64,000 bases of DNA from Pseudovirgaria hyperparasitica (lineage: Eukaryota). Shown in pieces: positions 1 to 13,400 of this stretch. Both the position numbers and the translations under genes were made by a program. Numbering within the stretch: the first letter of the stretch is position 1; every line of letters begins with the position of its first letter. The notes under the pieces were generated by a model. It saw nothing but the letters and a program-made list of their open reading frames with translations, ran no database searches and was not told the DNA's origin. The stretch lies in the NCBI GenBank assembly GCA_010093815.1, contig ML996573.1, one strand, 5' to 3'.

Positions 1-1472
1 AACGGATGAGATTCCGGTATGCTGTCAGAGGCGATCCGGAACCGGACGCCGGGTCAAAGATGTGTGGGTCAGGAATGCTGAGAAGCTAGCATCGGCATCT
101 TGCCGATCTGGTAATATCGAGTCTCTCGCAGGTGCGCTCACGAGGTGCCTGAGGCTAAGATCATAGCTATTACATAATCGAACATTGTTCTACTAGGGAT
201 GTGAATCGACGCTGGCTGCTTGGACGTCAAGATTTGAACTCCGATAAGCGTATTAGAGGAATGGTCACGAATAGTCTATTACGAGAGGTAGCTTTTAAAT
301 GTCTATAATTGCAGAACGTTAGCAGAGGATGCGTCCTATTCAGGATAAAACGCTCTATACAGCCTTTCATACCAGCGGGTGCAACACAAGATATCTGGTT
401 TTGGTGAGATTGGCCGTGTCCAATATATTCCTGGTCACTATAGGGCCCATATAGCCCTGACACATTGTGGTGATATCGGACGTAAGCATGATTATCTGAT
501 AAGGAAGTCATTGATGCCGTTCGCATATTTGCTTGTTGACTCTCAGTGACGAGTGCTGCAGTCGAAATTTACGATCAGTGTGGTGCCCGCGCGCGAAACG
601 ACACTTGCATGTCGGAGAACGGGCTGATCAATCGATTCGCTCTTCGCCCAGCTCTCAATCCAGGACTTTGATAGCTGCTGACTAGTGACCGCAGTGAAAC
701 CATGAATGCTAAGAATACGGTGAGGCTAGGAGGCGAAAAGGTGATGTCTCGAAGTTGATCAACGCAGGTCGCAAGTAGACGATGTCAAGTTAATGACTTC
801 GCGTCGTCGTCCCTTGGTTAAGCGAGGGACCCAAGTGGGCACGGGCCATGCGCTTATCCAGTTTGACGCTCATTCTTTCATTATGCATAGCTTCGTCCTC
901 GATTTCTTGACATCTCCAATCTCTTCGAATCTCGTATTTTACGCGCGATATATTGTGTTCCTGATGAGAAACGTTCATATCAGCAGTTCTGTCCCCGTGA
1001 TCGAAACTATAGTGAGCTAAGCCTGCTCGCTAAGATAGCGAAAGCTCGGTATGATGCCGCCGCGTCAAATGCACTATGCGAACATCCAACGTGCTCCACA
1101 ACCCGCTGAACTATTAGTGTCACACTATAGAAGTTTACTCCACTCGAGCTCGGCGAATTCAGTATAGATGCGCGTATTTGTGATGCGAGCCGCTACCGGC
1201 ATCCGGTTTAGTAAGTCCGTATAAAAATGCGAGCAAGTCACGGCGTAGAATGCCGTTGGAATACGCGTGGTACTTAATACATGAACTGACTATGTCAATG
1301 ACCTGTTAAATGATGATATGGTAGCCTCCCGTCCAAGGTCACTGAATCCTCATCACGCCCAGCAGCTCAATCAGATTGCGCCCGCTACAGCTTTGCAAAA
1401 ATCGCTAGCATACTCGACAGCCCAGCAACCGGTACTTGTCACAAGATCCTCGGTTCAGCCACCAGTACCACG

Positions 1473-3065
1473 ATGGACATCAAGACCGATCCAGCCGTCC
1501 AAATCCCTGACCTTGCCCAATCCAAGGATACAGACCCAGTGACGAAAGACATTGAAGCGAAAGCAACCCATATCAACGGTCTCGATCTCCTAAACGCTAC
1601 GCCCCAAGAACTCCGCCGTGTTATCAGGAAGCTAGACTTTTACCTTCTCCCATTGTTCTTCATCCTGTATACGTTCTCTGTACTTGACCGCTCAAATCTC
1701 GGAAACGCTCGTCTTGTCGGTCTTCCTGAGGACATTGATGTCTCTGGCAATCGCTATGAATGGCTTGGAAACACATTCTATATTGCGTATATTGTGTTTC
1801 AATTCAATGTGCTGGGATGGAAGATCTTCAAAGCACATAAGTGGGTAGCGTTTGTTGTTGCGTTCTGGGGCATTGCGAGCACGCTTCAGGCTGCGTGCTT
1901 CGGATATGGTGCGCTGGTGGTGTGTCGTTTCTTTCTGGGGTGGGCGGAGACTATGTTTGGGCCGGGCGTGAGTTTGTATTTCAGCTACTTCTGGCCGAGA
2001 GAAGCAGTGAGTCCCCGCGCTTTGATTTGTTTGACAACGCTGATATATGATAGCTGGGTCTGCGCTTTGGGTTCTTTCTCTCCGGTGCAGCACTTGCAAA
2101 TGCTTACGGCGGGGCTCTGGCATTCGGTTTAGGCAACATAAATTCCGGTATCAGTAACTGGCGCTTGCTCTTCATCATTGAGGGTGCGCCAACAGCTCTA
2201 CTGGCTATAGTCTGCTGGTTCTACGTCCCAGACTCGCCCTCAAAAGCTCGCTTCCTAAATGAGCGCGAAAAGCAAATAGCGCAAGCATATGCAAACAACC
2301 AACCCGGAGACTTCAAGACTGAGGGTCTAAACCTCAGTCAACTCGGCGACGCATTCAAAGACTATAAGAGTGCGTGTGCCTTTTTCTTTAGCGTATGAAC
2401 ACGCGACTGACACTGTTCCAGACTGGCTCTTCGCGCTCATGAACTTCTCCGTCAACGTCTCTTTCGCCAGCCTACCTCTCTTCCTCCCTACCATAATTTC
2501 TGAATTCGGCTCCTTCTCCCGCATTGAGTCGAACGGGTTTTCCGCACCACCCTATGCGCTCTGTTTCATCATGATCATAGTCACCGCCATCGTATCCGAC
2601 AAACTCAGATTACGAGGTCCATTTGTATTCTTTTTCGCGCTGCTGTCGGCAGTGGGATGGTTGATTTTAGCCACAGCAACCACAGCAGCAGCGCGCTATG
2701 TGGCCACTTTCCTTGCAGTACTGATCTTTGTCAGCGTGGCTATGCTACTTACATGGACTGCGAACACCAACGAGACAAGCTCGAAACGTGCGGGCGGGCT
2801 GTGGATCGTACAGACAGTGGGACAGTGTGGGACGGTACTGGGCACGAATATGTTTCCCAAGAGCGAGGCACCGTATTACAGGCGTGGTATGTGGGTGGGC
2901 TGTGCGTTCAGTTTCATTGTCATGTTGTCTGCAGGAGTGCTGAGTTTCATGTTGTGGAGAGAGAATCGAAGGCGTGATAGGCGACATGGAAGGCCGGAGG
3001 TCGGGGTACAGGTTGATATGAATGATTTGGAAGATGTAGAGAGAAACTTGCGGTATATCATCTGA
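1473..3065 (+). CDS. MFS transporter, anion:cation symporter (Dal5/Tna1 allantoate/nicotinate permease) family; 2 introns (~2007-2053, ~2370-2421)
   Basis: Motifs RKLDFYLLP, LDRSNLGNA, WRLLFIIEG and PDSPSKARFL; about 12 hydrophobic helices; GTGAGT..TAG and GTGCGT..CAG introns join three ORF pieces in frame. Confidence 0.9.
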
Positions 3066-3688
3066 GTCGACAGTACGTATAGGCAAACAGGCCATGTGTT
3101 CAGGAGATAGCATCGCAGTGGCTTCCACTAGACGAGGCCTTCCTCGCTCGCACTCACAGGCTCAGCTTCGTGACTCTGTGCGTTCCTACTACATCCATGC
3201 TTATTAGTTCCTACGTCACTTTCTGTTACATCCGGCATCGAGAACAAATCCCCTGCGCTGATTAGTCGACTATTATAAAGGGTGGGGACAGTTTCGAAGC
3301 AGCCTGGCCAAATCCATCCACAGAGCCGACGGTCTTCTCGCCTGAAGCTGAAGCTGCCAGTCAAACTCCGAGCACGGTATGTTCATGAATGCATTGTCCC
3401 TCGACAAGAGCTAGATAGTCTATATTAGTGGTCTAAGTGTTCTTCGTTTTGGGACCTCTAATGTGGTAATAGACTTTACACTGAATCATAGTCCAGTATC
3501 AGTGTTAATGATGGAAAGCATATAAAGAGACTTGTGGGATAGAATTCGATTGACAAGACGTATAAAACTTCCCGTCTGATATAAGCGAGTATAAGCTGTA
3601 GACTACTGTAATAGACAATGCCAATATCACACCTGTCTAAGCTACCTTCCGATTCCTATCTCTACCTTTCTCTAGTGATCTCGCTTGT

Positions 3689-6600
3689 TTACAAGCTCAG
3701 GGCACTCAGCTGACTCTCGAGCTTCTTGCATGCGGCTCCTACATCACTGCTGGCAAACCCATCGCCCAAAGCCGCCATGCCGACCCATCGACTAACCTCG
3801 TCCGCTCTCCATTTACCACTCTCCATCTCCCCAACATCATTCTCCGCCTTCTCCTCATAATCGCTTCTACCCTTGTTTCGCACACGACGCCCCTGGTGCC
3901 CACTCGAATGTTTCCCGGCAATTCGCCTTGCGACCTCGTTCGCCTCGAGAAGAGACACCAGCTTACGCTTGTGCGGCCTAGATGCGAGCTTCTGACACAG
4001 CGCATACATCCTCTCCGACGGTGAGTGGGATATGAGTCTCTCACCGCCGGGAGGAAAGACTTGGGAGGCACAGTTTCGATCCCTGAGACGTGATCGTCGT
4101 AGACTCTTAGGTAGCGAATAGACCACGCATGTTGTTCGGGAAGTTGTGTGTTCTTAAAACAAGAGCTGGACCATGCGTCTTGTGCTAGCTCGACAGGCGT
4201 ACTGCCTGTTGCGTTCTCGCGGTACAGAAGATCGGGACGACGGGCGAACATCATCTTCAGCACGGTTGGGAGCTGGTTGCGTACGGCGAAGTGCACGGGA
4301 GAGTTCCCTGAGCCATCGAGAATACCGAGGTCTTCGTTTTCTGGCCCTGCGAGGTCAAGCAGCGCGTTGAGAATCAGGTGGTTTTCTGTGATGCAGTCCT
4401 TACTCTGGGAGACTATCGGCTGGACGTAAGGTTCGAAGGGTTCGTTTGTTTCTCGAAGATTACTACACTTGTACAACCAGAGCGTAAGCGGAGTCAGGGA
4501 GCCAGGGTCAGCGATGTTAGACCGCTCGGTCAGCATGGATGGGAGGAGTCGCTTGTCGATGAGACTGAGCATCTCTTGGAAGCCAGTAGTGAACGCAGAG
4601 ATGCTGAAGCCATTCCCGGCAAGTAATAGATGGAGCAGGTTGCTACCGTTGTAGTCCCGGATACTTTGGTCAGCGCCAGCAGCGACAAGAACTTTCGCTA
4701 TAGCGGTCCGCTGTAACATGAAAGCCAAAGATAGCGGAGTGTATCCATCGACCGATCGAACCTCCAACAAGTCGGCATTCTGTCTCAAAAGATAAGACAC
4801 TAGTTGCTCACTCGCCTCTGACGGTTCTGCCATGACAGCACAATGGAGCACAAGATTACTTCTTGAGTCTAGCCAATCCGAAATCGCTCTGTCGAAACCT
4901 CCCTGAGCTTGTGCCAGTCTCTGAAGCATACTATCATCCTTATTCGCATCCGCATAGTAGTTATAATGTCGTAAGGGCGACGTACTGGAAAAGTACTCCA
5001 CAGAATCGATATTCGAGTGGTAGGCAGCAAGTAGAAGCGGCGAGTCCTTGTGTTGAGGACGTACGCTCATGTTTCGGCCTGCATCTGCCCAGTCTTTGCG
5101 TTTCTTCCCATGAATGGTGAGTCCTTGGTAGTATTTCGGCTTCTCCTTGGATGGCACACCAGATTTATCTACGATGACTTCCAATGGAATACCTACACCG
5201 GTCTGTCTTATCATATGGGACAGCAGGCGAGTTCGTCCTTTCCATATGGCACGTAGAAAGTGGTATTCATCGATCTTCAAGCCAGAAGATGGACTGAACT
5301 CAGACCCTAGTTCGAAAGCGGTCTCAAGCAATTCCAGGTCATCGGCCTCCACAGCGAGCGATATGATATCCACTATGTCATTGTCTTCGGGATCAGTATC
5401 TCTGAGCTTGGCATAGGTCAAGAAATCACTGCCGTCGTTCCCAAAACAACCCAAGGGAAATTTCCATAATAGCATTGTATTTGGTGCGACATTACTCTTG
5501 ACTTGATTCGCAAGTTCCTGGACTATATCGACCGTGAAGCGCTCGTCAACGATCTCAGAGTCTAAAGAAAACGATTAGACGCGTGGATGATACACCGGGC
5601 TGTGTACTTACAAATCTGTATCTCGTCGTCATCACTTTCGCCTTCGTTTTCGCAAGTATCTGCTGGATTCATACTATAACGAGCACGGGCGTCTACTTCC
5701 CGTGGTGAGTATTGAGCGCGTGCGATTTCAAGAATTGCCTTGGCAGTACTAAAGTGACCACGGAAGAAAGCCAGTGAGAATGGGCTGTAGCCTAAGTTGT
5801 CAGTCACGGCTATATTTAGAGGTTGGAACTCCTTCTTCGGACCCCAAGCCGCCAGGGTCAGTTTCTTGATACAAGCTAGATCGCCAATGGCAGCGGCATC
5901 GAAACTGTAGACCAGGTAAGCATTATCGTCAGAGATTATTCTTAATAGCCTCAACTTACAGGTCAAGATAAGCCTCTTTAGTTGAGTCGTTGAGATCTGG
6001 TAAATCGAAAGTGAACCTGAGTTCAAACGCGGCTGCATTCTCGTACGTATGTTCCGAATCGGAATAGTTGTATTGCTTCTGAGGTTTCTTGATATTGGGA
6101 TACAAGTCATAAAATTGCTTTGCGCCGTTTCGCACCAGTTCGGCATCGAGAGTCTCAAAAGCATCAATCATCTTGGCGATAGCGGCCTGTTTCTCTCTGA
6201 CTCCTTGACGATCATGCCATTCCGTTAACTTCCTTTGGCACTCGCTGAGATCTCGGTCGTAGGCTTCTCTTGCCTTTTGTATTTTACGTTTGGCCATCCA
6301 GAGGCGGTAAGGACCGTCTTTCAGGTTATCAAGATATCGCGCGTCTTCGTATGGCTCAGGCATGATAGGTTTCCAGTTTGGCGCTACTTCTTCGTACCCC
6401 TTGAGAGCTTTTAACCTTTGTCTTACGCGATCCAGGACCGTCTCCCCATTACGATGGTCTCTGTACTTGTCATTGGCCTTCACGAGGTAGCCGCTGGGGG
6501 TAGGTGTGTTGGGATCCGCGCCATGTCGTAGTAGCCCGAGAGCAATCTCTGGTAGATCTGACTGGACTGCTTGGATGATTGGCTGCGAGAAAGATTGACC

Positions 6601-9600
6601 ATAATCCGCCATATTTTGCTCATTAGATCTATTTGCAACTTCCTGGAACTTCAGCATGACAGATTTGATATAGTCAGCAAACTCGATGCGAGGATTCGCT
6701 CCCCCAGCAAGTAATTTGAGTGCACCTAAGGTGCTCTTACCTATGATAGCGGTCATGAGTGGAGAATAAGCTGATGGGCTCCGTGTCGACCCTTCCACAG
6801 CAAGATGATTTATTGCACGTGAGACGGCTGGCCCGTCTTCATCGAACAAGACCTGCAGAAGCTCTGGCTGTTTGACGGAATAGGCATGCAATGATGTTGC
6901 TTGATTTAGATCCGCCTGAGCTGCAGAAGCCCCTAGTTTGATCAACGCAGTGGCCATCTCTTTGGGGTTCGGAGAAGCCAATGCTAGGACTAATAGCAGG
7001 ATCGCACCTTCTGGAGATCTGTCGTAGTCGTTGAGCAATTTGATAGGCAGGAGGACGTCAGCACCGAATGACCCAATAAGCTCTTTGACAACTTCGACAT
7101 GCCCACCGATGACTGCGAAGTGTAGTGGCGACGCATTCGAATCCCATGCGAGCACGTCCACATTGTAGATATCTGGGTCCTCCCTGCTCTCCTCGTCTAG
7201 CAAGTTGTCGACTTTAGAAGTATCTGGTCTGACTTTGACGAATGAACCAGTAGTGAGTGAAATCTCATCCTCATCATCTGTATCTAGATCTTCCTCGTCG
7301 TCATCTATGACTTCGGTCTCACTCATTCCTGGATCCTCGGATCTGGCCTTCTCGAGTTTAGCAGTCACTCTTGCTTTCAATGCTGCCGCACGACGTTGCT
7401 CTGATCCAATTGCTTCTTCCTCTGCGTTTAATTCGCTTCTAAGAAGTAGGGTCTTGACGATCTCTGCATTGCCTCTGGCAGCCGCGAGATGGAGTGCGGT
7501 GCGGCCATCAGCAAGTCTGGATATCATGCGCGCTCCGTTGTCGACCAGACACTTCACAATCTCGGGACTCGACAACATACATGCAAGGTGAAGAGGAGTT
7601 CGCCCAGTAATATCGCGTCTGTTTGGGTCAGCGTCCTCCTGCTTCAACCAATCCCGGACATGCTCCAGGTCGCAGTCCACGATCGCTTGACACAAGCGGG
7701 CGGTATTGCCAACATAGGCCATCTCAGTCCAGTCGGTATTCGTAATCGGATTGAAGCTTCCAATAGCCTGTCGTCCTGGGTTATCTTTGATGAACTCAAT
7801 GTCACCAGACACGTATATATTGCTCTCCTCTTGGGCAACCTCTTCTTCTTCCAAGGTCGCAGGCTTCGGACAGCATCCACAGCAGTCGCCAACGATGTCA
7901 TGGATCGAGCCGACGAACGCTGGGTCTGTCCAAGTGTCAGCAACAAGATTGTACGGATGTTTGAGACTACATACGGCGATGCAAGTTGACCTCTCGGTCC
8001 TTCTTGTTCCACTCAGCATTGAGAAGCAGGTCTTTGGTATAGAGCAACTTCTCTATCTTCTTCGCGTGAAATTTCTCCCCGTACGGAATCGTAAACGTAT
8101 GGTAGTTGCTGACTTCATCCTGTTCGAACCATTCGGCCACTTCATCGTCATACTGGTCTTTGATATTGCCGTGCATAGTATATCTGAATCTGGTGTTGCG
8201 ATTGATCTGAGGCCTCCCGCGCTCTCTGCGGCGCTGGTCAATGTAAGCATCACGTTCGCTGGAATTCGGCAGTTTCTCAAGTATCAAGAGGCGAGCTAAA
8301 CCAACGCTACGCTTAAAGGACCTTTCGAATATAGTCTGTATGCAAATGTCAGCGAAATGGAGGGTTGACTCGAGCTCGCCGGAATCGCAACGGATGGAGA
8401 GAACTCCTCGCCAAAGGATCTAGTCCTTGAGCAGCTCAAATAAAGCTAAAAGACTCGCTTTAAAGAAAGTCACGTACGGGGTCAATGCGTTGCCTGTCGA
8501 GGTCCGAAAACATGATCTCAAATCCACGACGTGAATATTTCGAAAGTCGGTTTTCATAAGACGGCGAGCGTCTAGAAATATCGATATGATTAGTCTGCGT
8601 GATATACGCAGCAACAGCCCTCGGCGCAAGCCATATCTGTTTTCCGTCGTATGCAGCGCAGCTATAACAATGTCAATATGTGTTGATACCTATTAGTTAG
8701 ATTGCTTGTTGGACTTTGACTTACCTGCAATCGACTATCAAGCTGTTAGCGGCTATTGACCTGATTAATCAAGGGTACGATGACTTACCATCAAATCCCG
8801 TCAAGATCTCGGCGATTGACTTGTAAATGCGTAGCACGATCTGGACGTGACGCGTTGGATAGCGAGAAACGATTGTGATGGCGTTCTTGGTTCGTATAGT
8901 GGCTTCGTGGTCGTCATTAGCGTATTCAGTTCGACAAACGGAGTCACGAAACTGGCGGGCTGAGTGATTCAGACAGGGGACTCGACTTACTCGTCTCTTC
9001 AAGGATAGAATCACGAATACTTTGCTCGATCTGTTTGATCTTCTCAACAGCTTGGTATTCAGTAAGATCATACAAGAACAAGTCAACGTCAGACGCGGGC
9101 GCCAGTTGCTCATGATAGTACGTCCTCAGGCCTCTCTTCGAGCCTCTATACGCATCTGGAACCGGCAGAAGCGAGGATACCACAGAGCTCCCTGCCGCTA
9201 CTACATTATTCCAGTCTAGAGCCGACAGCGAGCTCTCCGAGAATAGGTTAAAGTTGGTCTGGAATTCCTTGAGATTATCGACCAGCGCAGGACTTCCACT
9301 CGGTTTGCGAAGATCATCTGCAAGTGGCATGATGTACTTCTGCCGGACATTTTCGGACTCCCTGGCAATATCACGGGCACGGATCTTTATGTCTGCTCTT
9401 CTCTTCTCCGTATAAACGGGGACGACGTTGACATGGTTGTCTTTGATTGCGGGATGCGATGGCTCCTGGGCAAATATCTCTCGAAGAACGGAGTCGTACG
9501 CTTTGTACGGCTGGAGCAACTTGATCATAGGGACATCAGGGTTTTTGTCAACATAGAAGAGGAAGTCTGAGTGCGGCGCTGGCAGAGCCGGAAGCTCACG

Positions 9601-9621
9601 TGGCTTATGCATTATAGCCAT
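3689..9621 (-). CDS. Large multi-exon ankyrin-repeat protein with an N-terminal nucleotidyltransferase-like domain
   Basis: Spliced N-terminus reads VVAAGSSV..PASDVDLFLY..HVQIVLR..GFDVDCSCAAYDG..YENRLSKYSRRGFE. Ankyrin repeats GRTPLHLA, GRTALHLAA, ASPLHFAV, GYTPLSLA, GNSPVHFA. Introns near 8990-8903, 8788-8735, 8724-8652, ~8478-8336, 7974-7926, ~5959-5908, ~5611-5562; frame change near 4013-4044. Confidence 0.8.
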
Positions 9622-10434
9622 TGCGTCTGGTCGGCTGTGATGGCAGGGGGTGAGGTCTGAGTAGAAATGATTGATGCCGGAGACAGTGAACAGTGAACCA
9701 ATGAAAGATATCTCGACTTGGAAAGGTAAGTAAGGAAATCTAAAGAGACAGTAAAGGAGATTCGTGACCGCTTTTAAACACGCAAGATATGTATAATGGA
9801 AGTGAGTGAGCCATCTCGGGGCCTGGCGCTAGTACCGTTCGAGACGCGTGTCGAGCGCGACGGAGGCATCAAGCAGCGTGGACATTTGGAAAGAGATCGA
9901 CCCCAGCCGATGCTCCATAGACCTTGCGTTGTGTGGATCAGCGACAGGGGCCTTGACATACTTCTGCCTATTGTCGCTAAGATATTCTCGCGATGTCTCA
10001 AAGGTATGAATCGATGCCTCAGGCGCCAGTTACAGCCTACGAGGCAGAACAAGAGTCATAGTAGAGTACATCCATGGCGTGGTGCGAGTATACGCAAAGC
10101 TCCAGCAGCACAATGGACCAATGAAGATGGCATCGTATCAGCGAACAGGCTGTAGGATGAACTATCGTGCGTTGGTTGCAAATCCATCAGAACAGGTGTG
10201 AATCTGTATAGTTCAGGACCCAAAAAGGACAATTCAAGGGTTTCCTTGCGGTCCAGCTGAGCCAAGGCACGACATTCTGGTCCGTTCTTGTCGCTCATCA
10301 GGCGAGATAATCCATGGAAAAAGCCACTAAGCTCAATTTGAACGTGTCGCTTCGCCTGCTTATTACAAACAAATGCAACAATCGCGAAACTTTGACTAAT
10401 TACTATGAAAGCACGCTGATGCCCGTCTGGAGAA

Positions 10435-13400
10435 TCACTCATCGTCTGATTCCATGACACTACTACCACCGCCTTGGTTTGCGAACCACGTCAAAGCCGA
10501 TGGCTTCTCATCAAACTCGATAGTGACCTCCTCCTCGGCTGCAGGGTCTTCAGGCCGATTAATGATAACATTGTTCATCTCCTTTTCGCCTTCCTTGCCA
10601 GCAACTGTCTCAATGCTCGAAGATGTCAATTTCTCATCAGGTGTGTCCGACTCAGCTGCCATCGGCGCCTTGTCAAGCCCGATGGAAAAGTTGTCCATCA
10701 AATCTACCAGGTCATCAAATGCCGAGGGCGTTCTTGAAGTATTTGCCAGAACGTTTGAGGTTGGTGTTGTTGAGTAAACACTGGGAAAGGCATATTCCCT
10801 CTGCTGCATAAACACCTCGTTATCCACCTCGTTCTTGTAGGAAGCTTGGAGTGCAGCCTCAACATCCTCCTGTGGTTCCCAGTGATCTCGCTCCGGTGCC
10901 ACAGAGGATTTACTATGACCTTGTGCTACGCGGAAGCTATGCACTCTATTCTTCACCGCGTTGATGATTCCGGCATTCTTTTGTGTGAATTGGTCGATAT
11001 CCATGCTCTGTCCAACTCTCTCGGCATCTTCAAACAGCTCCAACTTATCGCCGCGATGAGTGATACCCTGAGCAGTCTCAAGATCATCACTGATAATAGT
11101 TGGTGTCGCCTGCATCTTGTTATGTGGATGACGACGTCTTGCACCCTGGTGTGCTGTCACCGACGCCTGTATTCTATGCTGACCAGCGGTCGCAATGAGT
11201 CCCATTTCTTTGTAGAATATCCATGGAAAGCTCATCAGTGGCATGCGTATGTCCGAGGTCTTCTCATCTGATAGGTCGGTTGGATCGGAGACTGCATTAG
11301 CTTTCCGCTCGGCAAGAGCCATTTCCACTTCCCTCGCAGTTACTGTATACATGGCTGCAACAAATACGCCAAGCTGCTCAAAGCTTTTTCCACCTGCTTT
11401 CTCGATGCAACGTTCTGCATAGTGTTGTCTTAGCGCACTAATGCTGCTACCGATTTCTTCGTGGAATTGGTAATCTTTACCAGCGTTGTGGGACAAAACA
11501 AATGTTGACCACACTTCGAACTCAGTAGCGATAGCATACTGTGCCATAAGTCTACGAATCGCTTTATCGTATCCATTTTTGATGTCAGCGGCGTCTTTGA
11601 GTATGCTCTCAGTCAAGCTATATGCTTCGAGTACCCTTTTGTCAAAAGGCTCATCGTAAAAGGGATGAAAGTCCTCTCGCTGGACCTGGTCGTATAGTTG
11701 ACCCAGGATCTTTTTTGATGTATAGACACTCTTGTTGCCAAATTTAGGCCTCATAAAGTGTGGCTTACTTGGAGGTCGAAGCTCTCTGTTCATCCTGGCA
11801 GGAATACCTGATTTCGGGAAGTCGACAGCACAGGAGTGAAGCTCCGCCAGCTTTAGGCAGGTTTTGCTCCTGATTCCATCTTCAAGCCGATCAGCCTGAG
11901 CTAAATGTGCTGTAGCAATAGTACCAAGTTGATCATTCCGGATGTAGTTTACGAAGAATGACGACATGTCATCAATGGTAACCTTGTTTTTCTCAATCCC
12001 TTTCGGAGCAGTGAAATCCATTGGGGGATGATTTATCTCCTGAGGTATGAGCTCTTCATCCCAAATGATCATGTAGTCGTCACCATCGAGGTCACCACCA
12101 GAACACATATTCGCGATATCACGGTCGCCAGTTTGGGGTAAAACCACGACGTTCTTCAGATGATGGAGCGCGGCTTTGTCTCTAGCCACGACAATGCGAA
12201 TATCTCCAGGGTGTAATGAAGGATTTCGTGCAAGAACACAGACGCCCTCAATGACCTTGTAGCTATTTTCATGTTTGATTTGAAGGAAGATCTCTGGTAA
12301 ACTGGCTAATCTGTCATTCCGCGTTGTGTTTAGATCGTTTGATTGTTGGTCCTCGTAGTGACCTTGCAGTTCACCTGTCTCGTCCACACATCCGAACAGG
12401 AATGCACTCTTGGTGACCTTTATCTGTGCCTTCTCTTTGAGATTCTTCAATCTCCAAGTCCTCCACAGCTGTAGTACAGACAGAGTAAATGGGTCTTTAT
12501 ACTGCATGAAGCCGTCTCGGATGATGCTTGCCAGTGTCGTGGTCATATGATTGAAGTCAATAAAGTGTTCTAGTTGATCCAGGGCCGTTGACTCCTCGAT
12601 CATTGCCTCGTCCAGCTTTTCAAGTTCTGTCTTCATTTTGTTGACAAAGACACTGTCTGGAACTCCAAGATTTGAGAGAACCATGATGACTTGGCGGTTG
12701 AGCTGAGCTGTCACATAGTCGGAGACCCTGATGATCTCCAGCCCCGAGTGATTAGCAGGAAACTTGTACTGGCTACGTCGGATGACGATCTCCTTCGTTT
12801 TCAGACCGTGGGCCAACACCAGGACACCTTTGCAGCCTCCTAGACGGAATTGGACGAGGGAAGGTGGATCCCCATCGCAGTCTAGTGGAACACCCCAGTC
12901 TGTGGCTACCGCCATGAGAAGATACCTTGAGATCTTTCCAACTCCATCTGAGAATGTGTAGCCATTCCGCTGGATATCTTCCGCAGTACTGACCTCAATT
13001 GTGCCGCAGTTCATCGCACGAGTCGTAGAGAAGCACTGACCGATGCGTGCACAGTACTTTGCAACAACCTTGATGTCTTCAAAATCACCCATGTGCTCGC
13101 GCATCTTATCGGGATATACCTGATCATTGGGCGGCGAGAAAAAGTAGGCGCCATTCTCTCGGAATTGAGAGTTTCCGAATGCAAGAAACTCATAATGTCG
13201 ACCTCCAATGTCTATTCCGTTCGTCATCGTGAGCTTCACACGGTTGAGAATTGCTGTAATTTTGCTGTCGTCCGTACTCTGCAACTTTCCCTCTGGGATC
13301 TCATCCATGAACTTTACCCGCAAGAATCTGTCCGAGAACTCTGAGTATTGTCTCACCACACGGTTCGAGATCTCTTGCGTAGGAGTTCCAATGTACATTG

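Noticed and set aside
1..1470. Short ORFs (227-526, 790-1020) and CGG motifs upstream of the MFS gene
   Set aside because: No recognisable protein motifs or splice model; treated as intergenic or promoter sequence.
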